NCBI GenBank assembly: GCA_964415515.1 | Contig: CAYQAP010000002.1 | Location: forward strand, 28,443 to 92,442 | From: an uncultured Gammaproteobacteria bacterium | GTDB lineage: Bacteria > Pseudomonadota > Gammaproteobacteria > Arenicellales > DRJH01 | Length of the DNA: 64,000 nucleotides | Reading direction: 5' to 3' | In this document: one piece after another, positions 28,600 through 38,050 of the stretch | How the letters are laid out: every line of letters starts with the position of its first letter | Numbering within the stretch: position 1 is the first letter of the stretch | Position numbers and translations under genes: made by a program | Notes under the pieces: generated by a model | Seen by the model: the letters and a program-made list of their open reading frames with translations, nothing else | What the model was told of the DNA's origin: nothing | The model's database searches: none

Positions 28600-29435
28600 T
28601 TCAATGGTTTGCTGCTCCCGCCAAAATTAACCTTTTCCTGCATATCCTGGGCCGCCGTGCGGATGGTTATCATACCCTGCAGACCGCCTTTCAGTTTCTC
28701 AGCCTTGAAGACCGGATCGGTCTGCGTTTGTGTCAGCACAGTGTTTACCGAGTGGGTGAAAATCAGGGCATTGCTGAACAAGACGATCTGACCGTGCGTG
28801 CAGCCCGTTTACTGCAAGAACACTGTGCTTCTGCGTGCGGGGTCGAAATCCATAGCAAAAAGCTGATCCCCATGGGTGCTGGCCTCGGTGGCGGCAGTTC
28901 AGATGCCGCTACCGTATTACTCGCCTTGAACCATCTCTGGGATTTGCACTGGAGCCTGGATCAACTGGCGCAACTCGGTCTCATGCTTGGTGCCGACATT
29001 CCAGTTTTCATACGCGGTACCGCGGCCTGGGCTGAGGGAATTGGCGAGCAGCTCACTCCCATCGACCCCACAACCGGCTGGCTGCTTGTTGTGGTACCCA
29101 CCGTGCATATTGCAACCGCCGAAGTGTTCAGGAAATGTACATTGACAAGCAAACCGGTGCCCATCAGAATACGCGGTTCGCAACCAGGTTTCGGCAGGAA
29201 TGACTTGCAGTCAATGGTAGTTGCGCATTATCCGCAAGCTGCTGCAGTGCAGGCGTGGCTCTCGACTTTCGGTGTCACCAGAATGAGTGGCAGCGGTGGT
29301 GCCTTCTTTTTGGCTGTTACCAATCAGCGAGAGGGGCAACGCATCCGGCAGCAGTGCCCTGCAGCCTGGTCGTGCTATGTTGTCCAGACCCGCAATCGAC
29401 ACCCTTTGTGGGAACAGCTGCAAGCCGGTCATTGA
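28596..29435 (+). CDS. ispE: 4-diphosphocytidyl-2-C-methyl-D-erythritol kinase
   Basis: Internal start [26 protein letters not shown]. GHMP kinase motif [14 protein letters not shown]. ATGA overlap with the lolB stop. Confidence 0.93.
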   Translation: [279 protein letters not shown]

Positions 29436-29443
29436 TATACGAA

Positions 29444-29518
29444 TGGGGCGTAGCCAAGTGGTAAGGCACCGGATTTTGATTCCGGCATTCCCAGGTTCGA
29501 ACCCTGGCGCCCCAGCCA
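29444..29518 (+). tRNA. tRNA-Gln (anticodon UUG)
   Basis: 75-nt cloverleaf folded by hand. Acceptor TGGGGCG/CGCCCCA, anticodon stem CCGGA/TCCGG with loop TTTTGAT, T-arm CCAGG-TTCGAAC-CCTGG, encoded CCA. Confidence 0.93.
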
Positions 29519-29751
29519 TTTATCCACAATACGTTGTACTTTGGAGTCGATAAGAAATAACATGGGCTATCTACATCCACCCCTCACCCCGGCTTGCCGC
29601 GCTGCTCAAGCACCACAATACTCAATGTGGAACCACCATATTTTGTCTTTCACTCCATCGCATTACGATACTCTGACACAAATACTGGCGCCTCATGGTC
29701 TGTATTGTTTCTTCATGACTCCTTTGCATAAATCCGTATAACGGGAAAGCC

Positions 29752-30702
29752 ATGTCCACTGAAAATATGCTTGTTTTTAGCGGCAATGCCAATCCGGCAT
29801 TGGCGCAGGCTGTGGCAAAACACCTGAATCTGCCGCTGGGCAAAGCTACCGTCACCAAGTTCAGTGATGGTGAAGTAAGCGTAGAGTTGCTTGAAAATGT
29901 CCGGGGCAAAGATGTTTTCGCACTCCAGCCCACCTGCCATCCGAGCAACAACAACTTGATGGAGTTGCTGGTTCTGATGGATGCCATGCGACGCGCTTCG
30001 GCACAACGCATTACCGCGGTAATTCCCTATTTTGGCTATGCCAGACAGGATCGCAGACCACGAACTGCACGGGTCGCGATTACCGCCAGACTGGTTGCGG
30101 ATTTGATCACCGTCGCTGGTGCCGACCGAATTCTGACCTTTGACCTGCATGCGGATCAAATTCAGGGCTTTTTCCGAATCCCGACCGACAACATCTATGC
30201 TTCCCCGGTACTGCTGGGTGACATCTGGCGACAACGTATGCCCAATCTGTTGGTGGTCTCCCCCGATGTCGGGGGTGTGGTACGCGCCCGAGCCATTGCC
30301 AAGCAACTGGGTGCCGGCCTGGCCATTATTGACAAGCGCCGCCCGCAACCAAATGTGGCCAAAGTCATGCACATCATTGGCGATGTGGACAACCGCAGTT
30401 GTGTTCTGGTTGACGACATTGTCGATACCGCGAATACTCTCTGTGAAGCGGCTGTCTCCCTCAAGGAAAATGGTGCCGTTAGAGTTGCCGCCTACTGTAC
30501 CCATCCGGTTCTATCCGGTACCGCACTGCAACGGATTGCAGACTCACAGCTCGATGAACTGGTGGTCACCAACACCATCCCATTATCTAAAAAAGCCCGG
30601 GATTTACGCAAAATTCGGCAAGTGAGCATCGCCGAGCTGCTGGCTGAAACCATGCGACGAATCGCCGATGAGGATTCGGTCAGTAACCTTTTTATGGATT
30701 GA
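29752..30702 (+). CDS. prs: Ribose-phosphate pyrophosphokinase
   Basis: 316 aa. [45 protein letters not shown]. Confidence 0.96.
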   Translation: MSTENMLVFSGNANPALAQAVAKHLNLPLGKATVTKFSDGEVSVELLENVRGKDVFALQPTCHPSNNNLMELLVLMDAMRRASAQRITAVIPYFGYARQDRRPRTARVAITARLVADLITVAGADRILTFDLHADQIQGFFRIPTDNIYASPVLLGDIWRQRMPNLLVVSPDVGGVVRARAIAKQLGAGLAIIDKRRPQPNVAKVMHIIGDVDNRSCVLVDDIVDTANTLCEAAVSLKENGAVRVAAYCTHPVLSGTALQRIADSQLDELVVTNTIPLSKKARDLRKIRQVSIAELLAETMRRIADEDSVSNLFMD

Positions 30703-30751
30703 ATATGCTTGTGTTCTAACACGGCACTCACAACTACAGGAGAAATGAAGC

Positions 30752-31393
30752 ATGAGCACACACTATGAATTGAACGTCCAGACTCGCAATGAAAAAGGCA
30801 CTGCAGCAGGCCGCCGACTGCGGCATCAAGGCCGGTTGCCAGCCGTGGTGTATGGTGGCAAAGGCAAGAATACCGAGATTTCCCTTAACCAGCTGGAAGT
30901 TTTACTAAAGCTCGAAGACTCCAGCTTCCGCTCTTCGGTAATTGCTCTGCGCAATGGCAAGAAACGCGAAAAAGTGATCATTCGTGATCTCCAGATGCGG
31001 CCGCAAAAACACCAGATATTGCATATCGATTTTCAGCGCATCAATGCCGGCGAAGCCATCCATCTGCCCGTCTCGCTGCACCTGTCTGGCGAAGAGCAGT
31101 CCCCAGGCTTGTTGGAAGGTGGGCTGTTGTCTCATTTAATAACGGAAGTCGAAATCTCCTGTCTACCTGGTGATTTGCCCGATCAACTGACCATCGATAT
31201 CTCTACACTTGAAATCGGTGATACGCTGCACCTCAGTAACATCGAACTGCCAGAGACTGTAGAACTGACCGCTTTACAAGGTGATGGTGAGAACCTGGCT
31301 GTAGTGACTATCATGGCGCCAAAAACTGCTGTCGAAGAATCTGAAGAAGATGAGGATAATGAATCTGAGGCTCCAGAGATACTCGAAGACTGA
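30752..31393 (+). CDS. rplY: 50S ribosomal protein L25 / general stress protein Ctc
   Basis: 213 aa. RRLRHQGRLPAVVYG, long form with an acidic C-terminal tail. Confidence 0.9.
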   Translation: MSTHYELNVQTRNEKGTAAGRRLRHQGRLPAVVYGGKGKNTEISLNQLEVLLKLEDSSFRSSVIALRNGKKREKVIIRDLQMRPQKHQILHIDFQRINAGEAIHLPVSLHLSGEEQSPGLLEGGLLSHLITEVEISCLPGDLPDQLTIDISTLEIGDTLHLSNIELPETVELTALQGDGENLAVVTIMAPKTAVEESEEDEDNESEAPEILED

Positions 31394-31434
31394 CTGACCA
31401 GCCCTGTAGACTCCCGGGATTCGGGGTTTTCAAC

Positions 31435-32001
31435 GTGATCAAGGTTATTGTCGGGCTCGGCAATCCGGGCAGCAAATATCAGCAGACCCGACATAACGCC
31501 GGGTTTCAGTTCGTGGATCGTCTCGGCACCAGCGGCTGGCAGCATCTGCACCGTTACAATACACTGGCCTGTTCCCTATCCTGGCACGGCCATGATCTGC
31601 AGTTACTAAAACCACTAAGCTTTATGAATCTCAGTGGGGGCCCGGTCGCCGCCTATCTGCATTATTATCGGCTACCCGTGGAATCGCTGCTGGTGATACA
31701 CGATGAACTCGATCTGAAGCCAGGCATAATTCGCTACAAATTTTCTGGTGGGCATGGTGGTCATAAGGGGCTCAAAGACCTGCATACGAAACTTGGCAGT
31801 CCCGACTTTCATCGCCTTCGCATCGGTATCGGGCATCCCGGATCGGCTCAGGAAGTTGCTAGCTATGTACTGAGCCAGGCAACACCAGAGCAGCGATTGG
31901 CGATCTCCGATGCCATCGAGCGTGGCCTGCAGGCCCTCCCGGAGCTGCTCACAAACCAACCAGACGCCGTTATGAACACACTGCACGCACCCGTCGCCTG
32001 A
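31435..32001 (+). CDS. pth: Peptidyl-tRNA hydrolase
   Basis: 188 aa with a GTG start. [43 protein letters not shown]. Confidence 0.94.
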   Translation: MIKVIVGLGNPGSKYQQTRHNAGFQFVDRLGTSGWQHLHRYNTLACSLSWHGHDLQLLKPLSFMNLSGGPVAAYLHYYRLPVESLLVIHDELDLKPGIIRYKFSGGHGGHKGLKDLHTKLGSPDFHRLRIGIGHPGSAQEVASYVLSQATPEQRLAISDAIERGLQALPELLTNQPDAVMNTLHAPVA

Positions 32002-32023
32002 ACTCTTCGCGTGGAAACGACAC

Positions 32024-33115
32024 ATGGGATTTAAATGCGGTATTGTTGGCCTACCCAACGTAGGTAAATCGACACTTTTCAATGCTTTGACCGAGTCTGG
32101 GGTAGAAGCTGACAACTACCCTTTTTGTACCATTGCACCCAATACCGGTATTGTTCCGGTGCCCGACCCAAGAATCGACCGTCTTGCGGCCATCGTTCAT
32201 CCATCACGGCTGGTGCCGACAACCATCGAATTTGTCGACATCGCCGGATTGGTCAAAGGGGCCTCAAAAGGGGAAGGACTGGGCAATCAGTTTCTGGCTC
32301 ATATTCGAGAAGTTGATGCCATCGCACACGTGGTTCGTGCCTTTGAAGATGACTTGGTGACCCACATCGATGGCAGTATCGACCCGATCCGGGATATCGA
32401 GGTCATCGACACCGAGCTGGCGCTGGCCGATCTGGATACCGTGGACAAGGCTTTGCTGAAGGCTGGCAAGTCTTCAAAAGCTGGTGATGAGGAACTACGA
32501 CGCCTGTACAACACACTGCAACAGGTTCGTGAACATCTGGATCAGGGCGTTTCGGTACGGGCCCAGGAGCTGACCGCAGAACAGCGCGAACTGCTCAAGC
32601 CGCTGTTTTTATTGACCGCCAAACCGGCAATGTATATTGCTAACGTGGCCGAAGATGGTTTCACCAACAATCCTTTGCTTGATACCCTGCAACAACATGC
32701 CCAGGCTGGGAATACCCGCGTGATCACCTTATGTGCTGCTGTGGAAGCCGAGATTGTGGAACTTGATCGGCAAGAGCGCCAGCTCTTTTTGGATGATCTG
32801 GGCTTTGCTGAACCAGGATTGAATCGAATGATTGTAGCCGGTTATGAACTCCTTCGCCTGCGCACTTTTTTCACTGCTGGACCCATGGAAGTCAAGGCCT
32901 GGACGATTGTCGCGGGTGCCACAGCCTCGCAGGCGGCAGGGGTAATTCACACAGATTTTGAAAAAGGTTTCATCCGGGCAGAGACGATCGCATGCATCGA
33001 CTTCATCAAATTTCAGGGGGAACAAGGAGCTCGTGAAGCTGGCAGACAGCGCCTGGAGGGCCGCAACTATGTGGTGCGGGACGGCGATGTCATGCATTTT
33101 CGTTTCAACGTTTGA
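32024..33115 (+). CDS. ychF: Redox-regulated ATPase YchF
   Basis: 363 aa. [39 protein letters not shown]-terminal TGS domain. Confidence 0.96.
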   Translation: MGFKCGIVGLPNVGKSTLFNALTESGVEADNYPFCTIAPNTGIVPVPDPRIDRLAAIVHPSRLVPTTIEFVDIAGLVKGASKGEGLGNQFLAHIREVDAIAHVVRAFEDDLVTHIDGSIDPIRDIEVIDTELALADLDTVDKALLKAGKSSKAGDEELRRLYNTLQQVREHLDQGVSVRAQELTAEQRELLKPLFLLTAKPAMYIANVAEDGFTNNPLLDTLQQHAQAGNTRVITLCAAVEAEIVELDRQERQLFLDDLGFAEPGLNRMIVAGYELLRLRTFFTAGPMEVKAWTIVAGATASQAAGVIHTDFEKGFIRAETIACIDFIKFQGEQGAREAGRQRLEGRNYVVRDGDVMHFRFNV

Positions 33116-33206
33116 CAAAAATCCACTCGGAACTTCTCGCCGAGAGTCGATCCTCGCCGGCACTCCAACAATCAAAATATGATGACTTGTGCGTTAATGT
33201 GTGCTG

Positions 33207-33491
33207 TTACAGTACCCCACTAGCCACTTTCTGAACAAATCGGATATCCGGCTCCTCAACCACACCGGCTGCCCTCATCGCCTCCTGCAATTCAGGCGAC
33301 GCCATAAAACGATGCGCATTCTCTAGATTATCCCATTCGAAAACCACTGAGATATTGTTACCATCGTCTTCTGCTTGAAATATCCGAAACGATTTTTCCC
33401 CTGCGGCCCGTCTGGTATCGACAAATGCGTCGAAAGCTTCTTTCCATGTTTTGTACTGATTAACACGATGCCTAATAATGATCGTTGCCAT
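33207..33491 (-). CDS. Small alpha+beta barrel (ABM/Dabb-like) protein, function unknown
   Basis: 94-aa ORF with the pattern of dimeric ferredoxin-like stress/monooxygenase-type proteins (HRVNQYKTWKEAFD...VVFEWDNLENAHRF). The family call is tentative. Confidence 0.5.
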   Translation of the reverse strand: MATIIIRHRVNQYKTWKEAFDAFVDTRRAAGEKSFRIFQAEDDGNNISVVFEWDNLENAHRFMASPELQEAMRAAGVVEEPDIRFVQKVASGVL

Positions 33492-33710
33492 TCTGGTCTC
33501 CTCGGGTGGTTGATCCGGATGGGGGCTGATAAGGGTTTGCAGACTTTAGATGGCTTGGTCGAGTGTGAATTTACCTCAAACCAGCCACTGTATAGACGCA
33601 GTGTATATCAGTAGTATAGCTTAATCAATAATATTCAGACGTAGTCTAAGCATTGTAATGATCTCTGGCAACAACCTTAGAACCAACCTGGCTGTACTTT
33701 TCCTGGCACG

Positions 33711-35219
33711 CTATGCTGCCATACGCCAATAGTCATCAAGCCACTGTTGCAACTGGGTAAGCTGTTGCTTACTGAGGTGCAGACCAAGGCGGGTCCGGCG
33801 CCAGAGAATGTCTTCTGCAGTACGTGCCCATTCTTTATCCAACAGGTAGCGGACCTCAGCCTCATAAAGATTGGCACCAAAATGTCGACCCAGTTCTTCC
33901 TGGCTGCTGGCCTTGCCCAGTACGTTGTAGGCCCGGGTACCATACAGCCGGGCCAAACGATGTACTGTGGCTTTCGGCAACCAGGCGTATTGCTGGACCA
34001 GCGTACGGTCGAACTCGACGAAGTCTGTCAGATCACCCCCCGGCAATGGATGACCAGGCTCACTGGTCCAGGTGCTGGTTTTTGTTTTCATGGCTGGTAG
34101 CAACTTGGCCAGGGTGTGCTCCGCGACCTGGCGATAGGCCGTTAACTTGCCACCGAACACACTGATCAGCGGGGCCCGACCATCGCCATTATCAAGCGCC
34201 AGAATGTACTCACGACTGACCGCAGAGGCGCTCGATTCAGCATCATCAAACAAGGGCCTGACACCGGCGTAGGTAGAAACCGCATCCTGTGGTCGGGTCT
34301 GGGTTTTAAAGTAGCTGTTGATGACCCCACAAAGATAGGCTACTTCATCCTCTGACATAGAAACCTGGGCTGGATCACCGTCGTAGTCGACCTCGGTGGT
34401 ACCAACCAAACTGTAATCCTGTTCAAAAGGGATCGCAAATACAATCCGCTGATCACTGTGCTGCAGGATATAGGCATGATCGTGCTCAAACAATCGCGGT
34501 ACAACCATATGACTGCCCTTGATCAGCCGGATCCGGTACGCTGTCGGTATTTTCAGGGCATCATCGATGAATGCATTAACCCAGGGTCCGGTAGCATTGA
34601 CCAGAGCCCGAGCCGTCACATCAAAACGCCGACCGGTAATGGTGTCCTGCAATGCAGCGACCCAGTGATGCTCCTGACGACGTGCCACCAAACACTTGGT
34701 ACGGGTCAGAATGCTGGCTCCATGCTCAGCCGCATCGATGGCATTGAGCACCACCAGGCGACTGTCGTAGGTGGCACAGTCCGAGTAGATAAAGCCTTTG
34801 CTGCTGTTGTCTTTTAGGGCACTGCCAGCCACGTGCTGCGATAGATTAATACATCTCGAGGCCTTGAGGACTTTGCGACCGGCCAGGTAATCGTACAAAA
34901 ACATGCCAGCTCGTATCATCCAGACCGGGCGCAGGTTTTGGTTATATGGCAATACAAAGCGCATCGGCCAAACCACGTGTGGCGCCATAGACAACAAAAC
35001 TTCCCGCTCCCGTAGCGCCTCGCGTACCAACCGAAACTCGTAGTGTTCCAGATAACGCAAACCACCATGAATAAGTTTGGTACTGCGGGAAGATGTTTGA
35101 CCAGCCAGATCACCGCTTTCACAGAGCAGAACTCGCAAGCCACGCCCGGCTGCATCCCGGGCCACCCCGCAGCCGTTGACTCCACCGCCGACCACCAACA
35201 GGTCATAGATTTCAGACAT
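33711..35219 (-). CDS. glpD: Aerobic glycerol-3-phosphate dehydrogenase (FAD)
   Basis: 502 aa. YDLLVVGGGVNGCGVARDAAGRGL, TSSRSTKLIHGGLRYLE. Confidence 0.94.
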   Translation of the reverse strand: MSEIYDLLVVGGGVNGCGVARDAAGRGLRVLLCESGDLAGQTSSRSTKLIHGGLRYLEHYEFRLVREALREREVLLSMAPHVVWPMRFVLPYNQNLRPVWMIRAGMFLYDYLAGRKVLKASRCINLSQHVAGSALKDNSSKGFIYSDCATYDSRLVVLNAIDAAEHGASILTRTKCLVARRQEHHWVAALQDTITGRRFDVTARALVNATGPWVNAFIDDALKIPTAYRIRLIKGSHMVVPRLFEHDHAYILQHSDQRIVFAIPFEQDYSLVGTTEVDYDGDPAQVSMSEDEVAYLCGVINSYFKTQTRPQDAVSTYAGVRPLFDDAESSASAVSREYILALDNGDGRAPLISVFGGKLTAYRQVAEHTLAKLLPAMKTKTSTWTSEPGHPLPGGDLTDFVEFDRTLVQQYAWLPKATVHRLARLYGTRAYNVLGKASSQEELGRHFGANLYEAEVRYLLDKEWARTAEDILWRRTRLGLHLSKQQLTQLQQWLDDYWRMAA

Positions 35220-35252
35220 TCAATACACGGTTCATAAAAAGAAATTACATGA

Positions 35253-35272
35253 TAAGTTCGATTATGAACATT
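35253..35272. promoter_or_regulatory. Candidate GlpR operator TAAGTTCGATTATGAACATT upstream of glpD
   Basis: 17/20 match to the E. coli glp operator consensus as recalled (WATGTTCGWTAWCGAACATW). Lies 34-53 nt upstream of the glpD start. Further TTCG/CGAA-containing repeats occur at 35276-35295 and 35326-35339. Confidence 0.55.
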
Positions 35273-35382
35273 ATATTTTCGATTTATCCCCGAAACAAGA
35301 TCATTATGCAATATATTGGTGTTATCCGAACAATTCGAATGGAGGTAAAGCACAAAGACTGCGATTTACTCATAGATTCAGC

Positions 35383-35733
35383 TTATCGGTTCACTGTCAC
35401 CAAGGCGGTCATACCATCGTGGACCATGCAACGGATCTTGTATTTACCCGGTTTGCTGAATTTGAAGTTTGTTTCATCGTTGGGTAATTCTTTTTTAGCC
35501 TTCAATACCACAGTCCCTTCACTACCATCTGCATTCAGTTCACTGATCCGTGAATTGTGAAAAAAAGGGTCTTTATTGACCAAATGCAGTGTCTGGCCCA
35601 GTTGCAGGGTAATCGCATCCGGTGCATATTCGATATCGCGTTCCTGTACAGTAATAACATTGCCGCCGGCCACTGCCAGATTGAACCAGAGTAAACCAGG
35701 TATGAGTCCTAAAAACTGTGTATATTTTTTCAA
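35383..35733 (-). CDS. Amicyanin-like type-1 copper protein (cupredoxin), periplasmic
   Basis: 116 aa with a signal peptide ending LAVAGG. Ligand pattern VNKDPFFHN ... GKYKIRCMVHDGM (C-x2-H-x2-M) aligns with amicyanin INREAMPHN ... GTYDYHCTPHPFM. Confidence 0.8.
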   Translation of the reverse strand: MKKYTQFLGLIPGLLWFNLAVAGGNVITVQERDIEYAPDAITLQLGQTLHLVNKDPFFHNSRISELNADGSEGTVVLKAKKELPNDETNFKFSKPGKYKIRCMVHDGMTALVTVNR

Positions 35734-35812
35734 TGGAAACCCCTCCTGTTAGCAGGAAAAAGGCAGTGTGTGACATCACGAACAGACCACACACTGCCGG
35801 TGATTGGCTGAA

Positions 35813-36931
35813 TCAGTTACTCTCGATCTTCAGATTACCGAACATGACATGGAAGAACGGCATACCGAACATTCTGCCTGCTGCCATCTCTTCCTGGACA
35901 TGTTTCTTGGTTTTACCCATCAGCTTCTTGGCGTCCATCAGCCTGGCCGCGGCTGCTTTCTTGGCCGGCCCATCGGGCATGGCCATGATTTTCTTGTTGG
36001 CCTTCATGATACTGGCCTTGACCTGCGGGAAAGGGATATAACCACTTTTCAGCGGTGCAGGAGCCAGGCCTTTGGGAGTCACCTTGAACGGCGGCACCAT
36101 CAGATGAAGCACTTTGCCGGTACTGCCTGCTCCCACATCACCATCAAAACCCAACTTATTGCCGTCACCACGCACAAACTCGGTGATCATCATATGTACG
36201 AGCTGATTGTCATTGACCAGTCGACCATCCGAATAGATCTTGCCGATCCCCCAGAAAGCAGCATAGGTGTATTCCGTAGGCATCAAATTGGTCCCAATAC
36301 CGGTCACACCATGCAACAAGATATCGGTGACCACACCACCAAAGGTTGGGAACAGCTTGCCATGGGGCATGGGCTTGTCGACCACGACCCGGTAGGTATG
36401 GGATTTATCCGGTGCATCAAAGGTGGCCTCAAAACTGATTTTGTCTTCCGTAACCTTACCGTCGATGGCAGTCACATCTTTCAGGGTCATAGTAAGATCC
36501 CCGACACCGACCACCATCCAGTCACTGAACGGCGTGGCATGGTCGGCAATGGTGTATTTGCCATCACGCTGCTGGCGCAATTTCAAGGAGACTCCCGTCA
36601 ACGGAAAAGGCCCCTGCTGCCAGCCATTCGGGTGCTTGGGATCACCGAAAACTGCAGGGTCCATAGCCCGGGGCCCGGGTAAAGCCCAGCGAATCGAGCC
36701 TTGTTTTTGTGAGGCGGTCACCGTCACAGTGCCCCCCAGGCGCCGTGGTGGGGTGGGGTTCTTGGCATGGGACTGGGTATAGGCGCCCAGTCCAACCATG
36801 GGTGCCTTGGCGGCCGCCATTTTGTCGTCCTGTGTCGTTCCCGCTGTGGCACAGCCAGCCACCAATAACACTGTGGAAGCTGCCGCCACAACCCGAGATA
36901 GTCGTCTTGTCGGAAGTGCTGTAGTTTTCAT
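35813..36931 (-). CDS. Hypothetical Tat-signal lipoprotein with His/Met-rich motifs, family not recognised
   Basis: The ORF extends to 37030. The likely start MKTTALPTRRLSRVVAAASTVLLVAGC combines a twin-arginine motif and a lipobox. The mature ~345 aa contain no Cys. HMM, HLM, HVM and MAMP-type motifs are concentrated toward the C-terminus. Confidence 0.6.
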   Translation of the reverse strand: MKTTALPTRRLSRVVAAASTVLLVAGCATAGTTQDDKMAAAKAPMVGLGAYTQSHAKNPTPPRRLGGTVTVTASQKQGSIRWALPGPRAMDPAVFGDPKHPNGWQQGPFPLTGVSLKLRQQRDGKYTIADHATPFSDWMVVGVGDLTMTLKDVTAIDGKVTEDKISFEATFDAPDKSHTYRVVVDKPMPHGKLFPTFGGVVTDILLHGVTGIGTNLMPTEYTYAAFWGIGKIYSDGRLVNDNQLVHMMITEFVRGDGNKLGFDGDVGAGSTGKVLHLMVPPFKVTPKGLAPAPLKSGYIPFPQVKASIMKANKKIMAMPDGPAKKAAAARLMDAKKLMGKTKKHVQEEMAAGRMFGMPFFHVMFGNLKIESN

Positions 36932-37134
36932 AACATTCCTCTGTCTGTTGGTCTTTGCATATAGGATTACTTGCGTTGGGAGATCGGTAATGTTGCAACC
37001 TGCCGCTGTGGCCCGGATACCCTGAGACACACAAAACAGCTTAGGATTCGAACCTCCCTCCGCACGCTATAGACCGTACCGGACCCACTAAGTTCCTGCA
37101 CTGTCTAAAAGGGTCATTCAAAGCAGCCAGAAAA

Positions 37135-37911
37135 TCAATCCGCAATATACAGTTGTGTACCGGAGTCTGTGATCAAGGAAACAAAATCTTCGGACAGTGC
37201 TTGGTCGGTAAAAATGGCATCGACAACAGAGATATGCCCCAACCGAACCATCGCGTTACGACCAAATTTACTGTGATCCACAGCCAGATAAACGGTACGA
37301 GAATTGGCTACAATCGCCTGTGCAACCTTGACCTCACGGTAATCAAAGTCCAGTAGCGAACCATCATTTTCGATCCCGGATATACCGATAATAGCGTAAT
37401 CAACCTTGAATTGATTGACAAATTCCAGTGTGGCCTCTCCGGTAATTCCCCGATCCCGGTGGCGCACCACACCACCAGTAATAATGACCTCGAAATTCTG
37501 GTAACGACTCAAGATATAGGCCACATTGAGATTGTTGGTAATCACCCTCAAGCCCTGGTGATCCTTTAAGGACATGGCGACCTGTTCATTCGTGGTGCCG
37601 ATATTGATAAAAAGTGAGGCGTCATTGGGAATATGGCGTACCAGCAGATTTGCAATCCGCTGCTTTTCTGCCAGACAGAATATCCTGCGCTCCTGATAGG
37701 CGACATTCCGCACACTCGAAGGCAAGCCGGCGCCACCATGATAGCGTGTCAAAAGACCCAGGGTTGCCAATGCATTTAGATCACGGCGAATCGTCTGGGG
37801 CGTCTTTTGAAAATACTGGACCAGAAATTCAATGGACGCAAACCCCTGCTGGCGAACCAGTTGCTGGATTTCCTGTTGACGCTTGTTCAACGGTGGTTTG
37901 TCATCACTCAT
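37135..37911 (-). CDS. glpR: DeoR-family glycerol-3-phosphate regulon repressor
   Basis: 258 aa. N-terminal HTH (RQQEIQQLVRQQGFASIEFLVQYFQKTPQTIRRDL), C-terminal DeoR sugar-phosphate sensor domain. Located between glpD and glpK. Confidence 0.88.
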   Translation of the reverse strand: MSDDKPPLNKRQQEIQQLVRQQGFASIEFLVQYFQKTPQTIRRDLNALATLGLLTRYHGGAGLPSSVRNVAYQERRIFCLAEKQRIANLLVRHIPNDASLFINIGTTNEQVAMSLKDHQGLRVITNNLNVAYILSRYQNFEVIITGGVVRHRDRGITGEATLEFVNQFKVDYAIIGISGIENDGSLLDFDYREVKVAQAIVANSRTVYLAVDHSKFGRNAMVRLGHISVVDAIFTDQALSEDFVSLITDSGTQLYIAD

Positions 37912-38050
37912 AACACGATCTCCGTGATTCGGACACTGACATTACCCTGCGGGTTAGGTTACCATTTCAATACTGTCGATATTGCCCCTGGGCAACCCTT
38001 ATGGCGCAATACCGGTATTTGATTCGCTACTTTGTCAGGGAGAGTCTGGA

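Noticed and set aside
29520-29528. Perfect DnaA box TTATCCACA immediately after tRNA-Gln
   Set aside because: It is a single 9-mer. About 0.5 occurrences are expected by chance in 64 kb on both strands. There is no cluster of boxes, AT-rich unwinding element or GATC enrichment nearby.
29713-30504. 263-aa ORF antisense to prs
   Set aside because: It lies entirely within and opposite the highly conserved prs gene. Its translation is low-complexity (Gly/Asn/His/Arg-rich) with no recognisable motif. This is a typical shadow ORF of GC-rich coding DNA.
33704-33719. Sigma-54-like TGGCACGCTATGCTGC motif
   Set aside because: The GG-to-GC spacing does not fit the -24/-12 consensus. The motif also overlaps the glpD stop codon on the non-coding strand, with no downstream gene in that orientation.
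35804-36682. 292-aa ORF on the + strand opposite the Tat lipoprotein gene
   Set aside because: The minus-strand frame has a coherent Tat/lipobox signal and an ordinary protein-like composition. The plus-strand product is His/Gly/Arg/Thr-rich, has no start context and would run head-on into the cupredoxin gene. It is judged a shadow ORF, although proteomics would settle which strand is expressed.
37041-37095. tRNA-like T-arm (reverse complement GGAGGTTCGAATCCT) upstream of the lipoprotein gene, possibly an att remnant
   Set aside because: The T-stem has only 3 bp, no complementary acceptor stem could be found, and the anticodon arm is irregular. No matching direct repeat lies on the other side of the two-gene insertion. 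It is treated as a chance or degenerate sequence.
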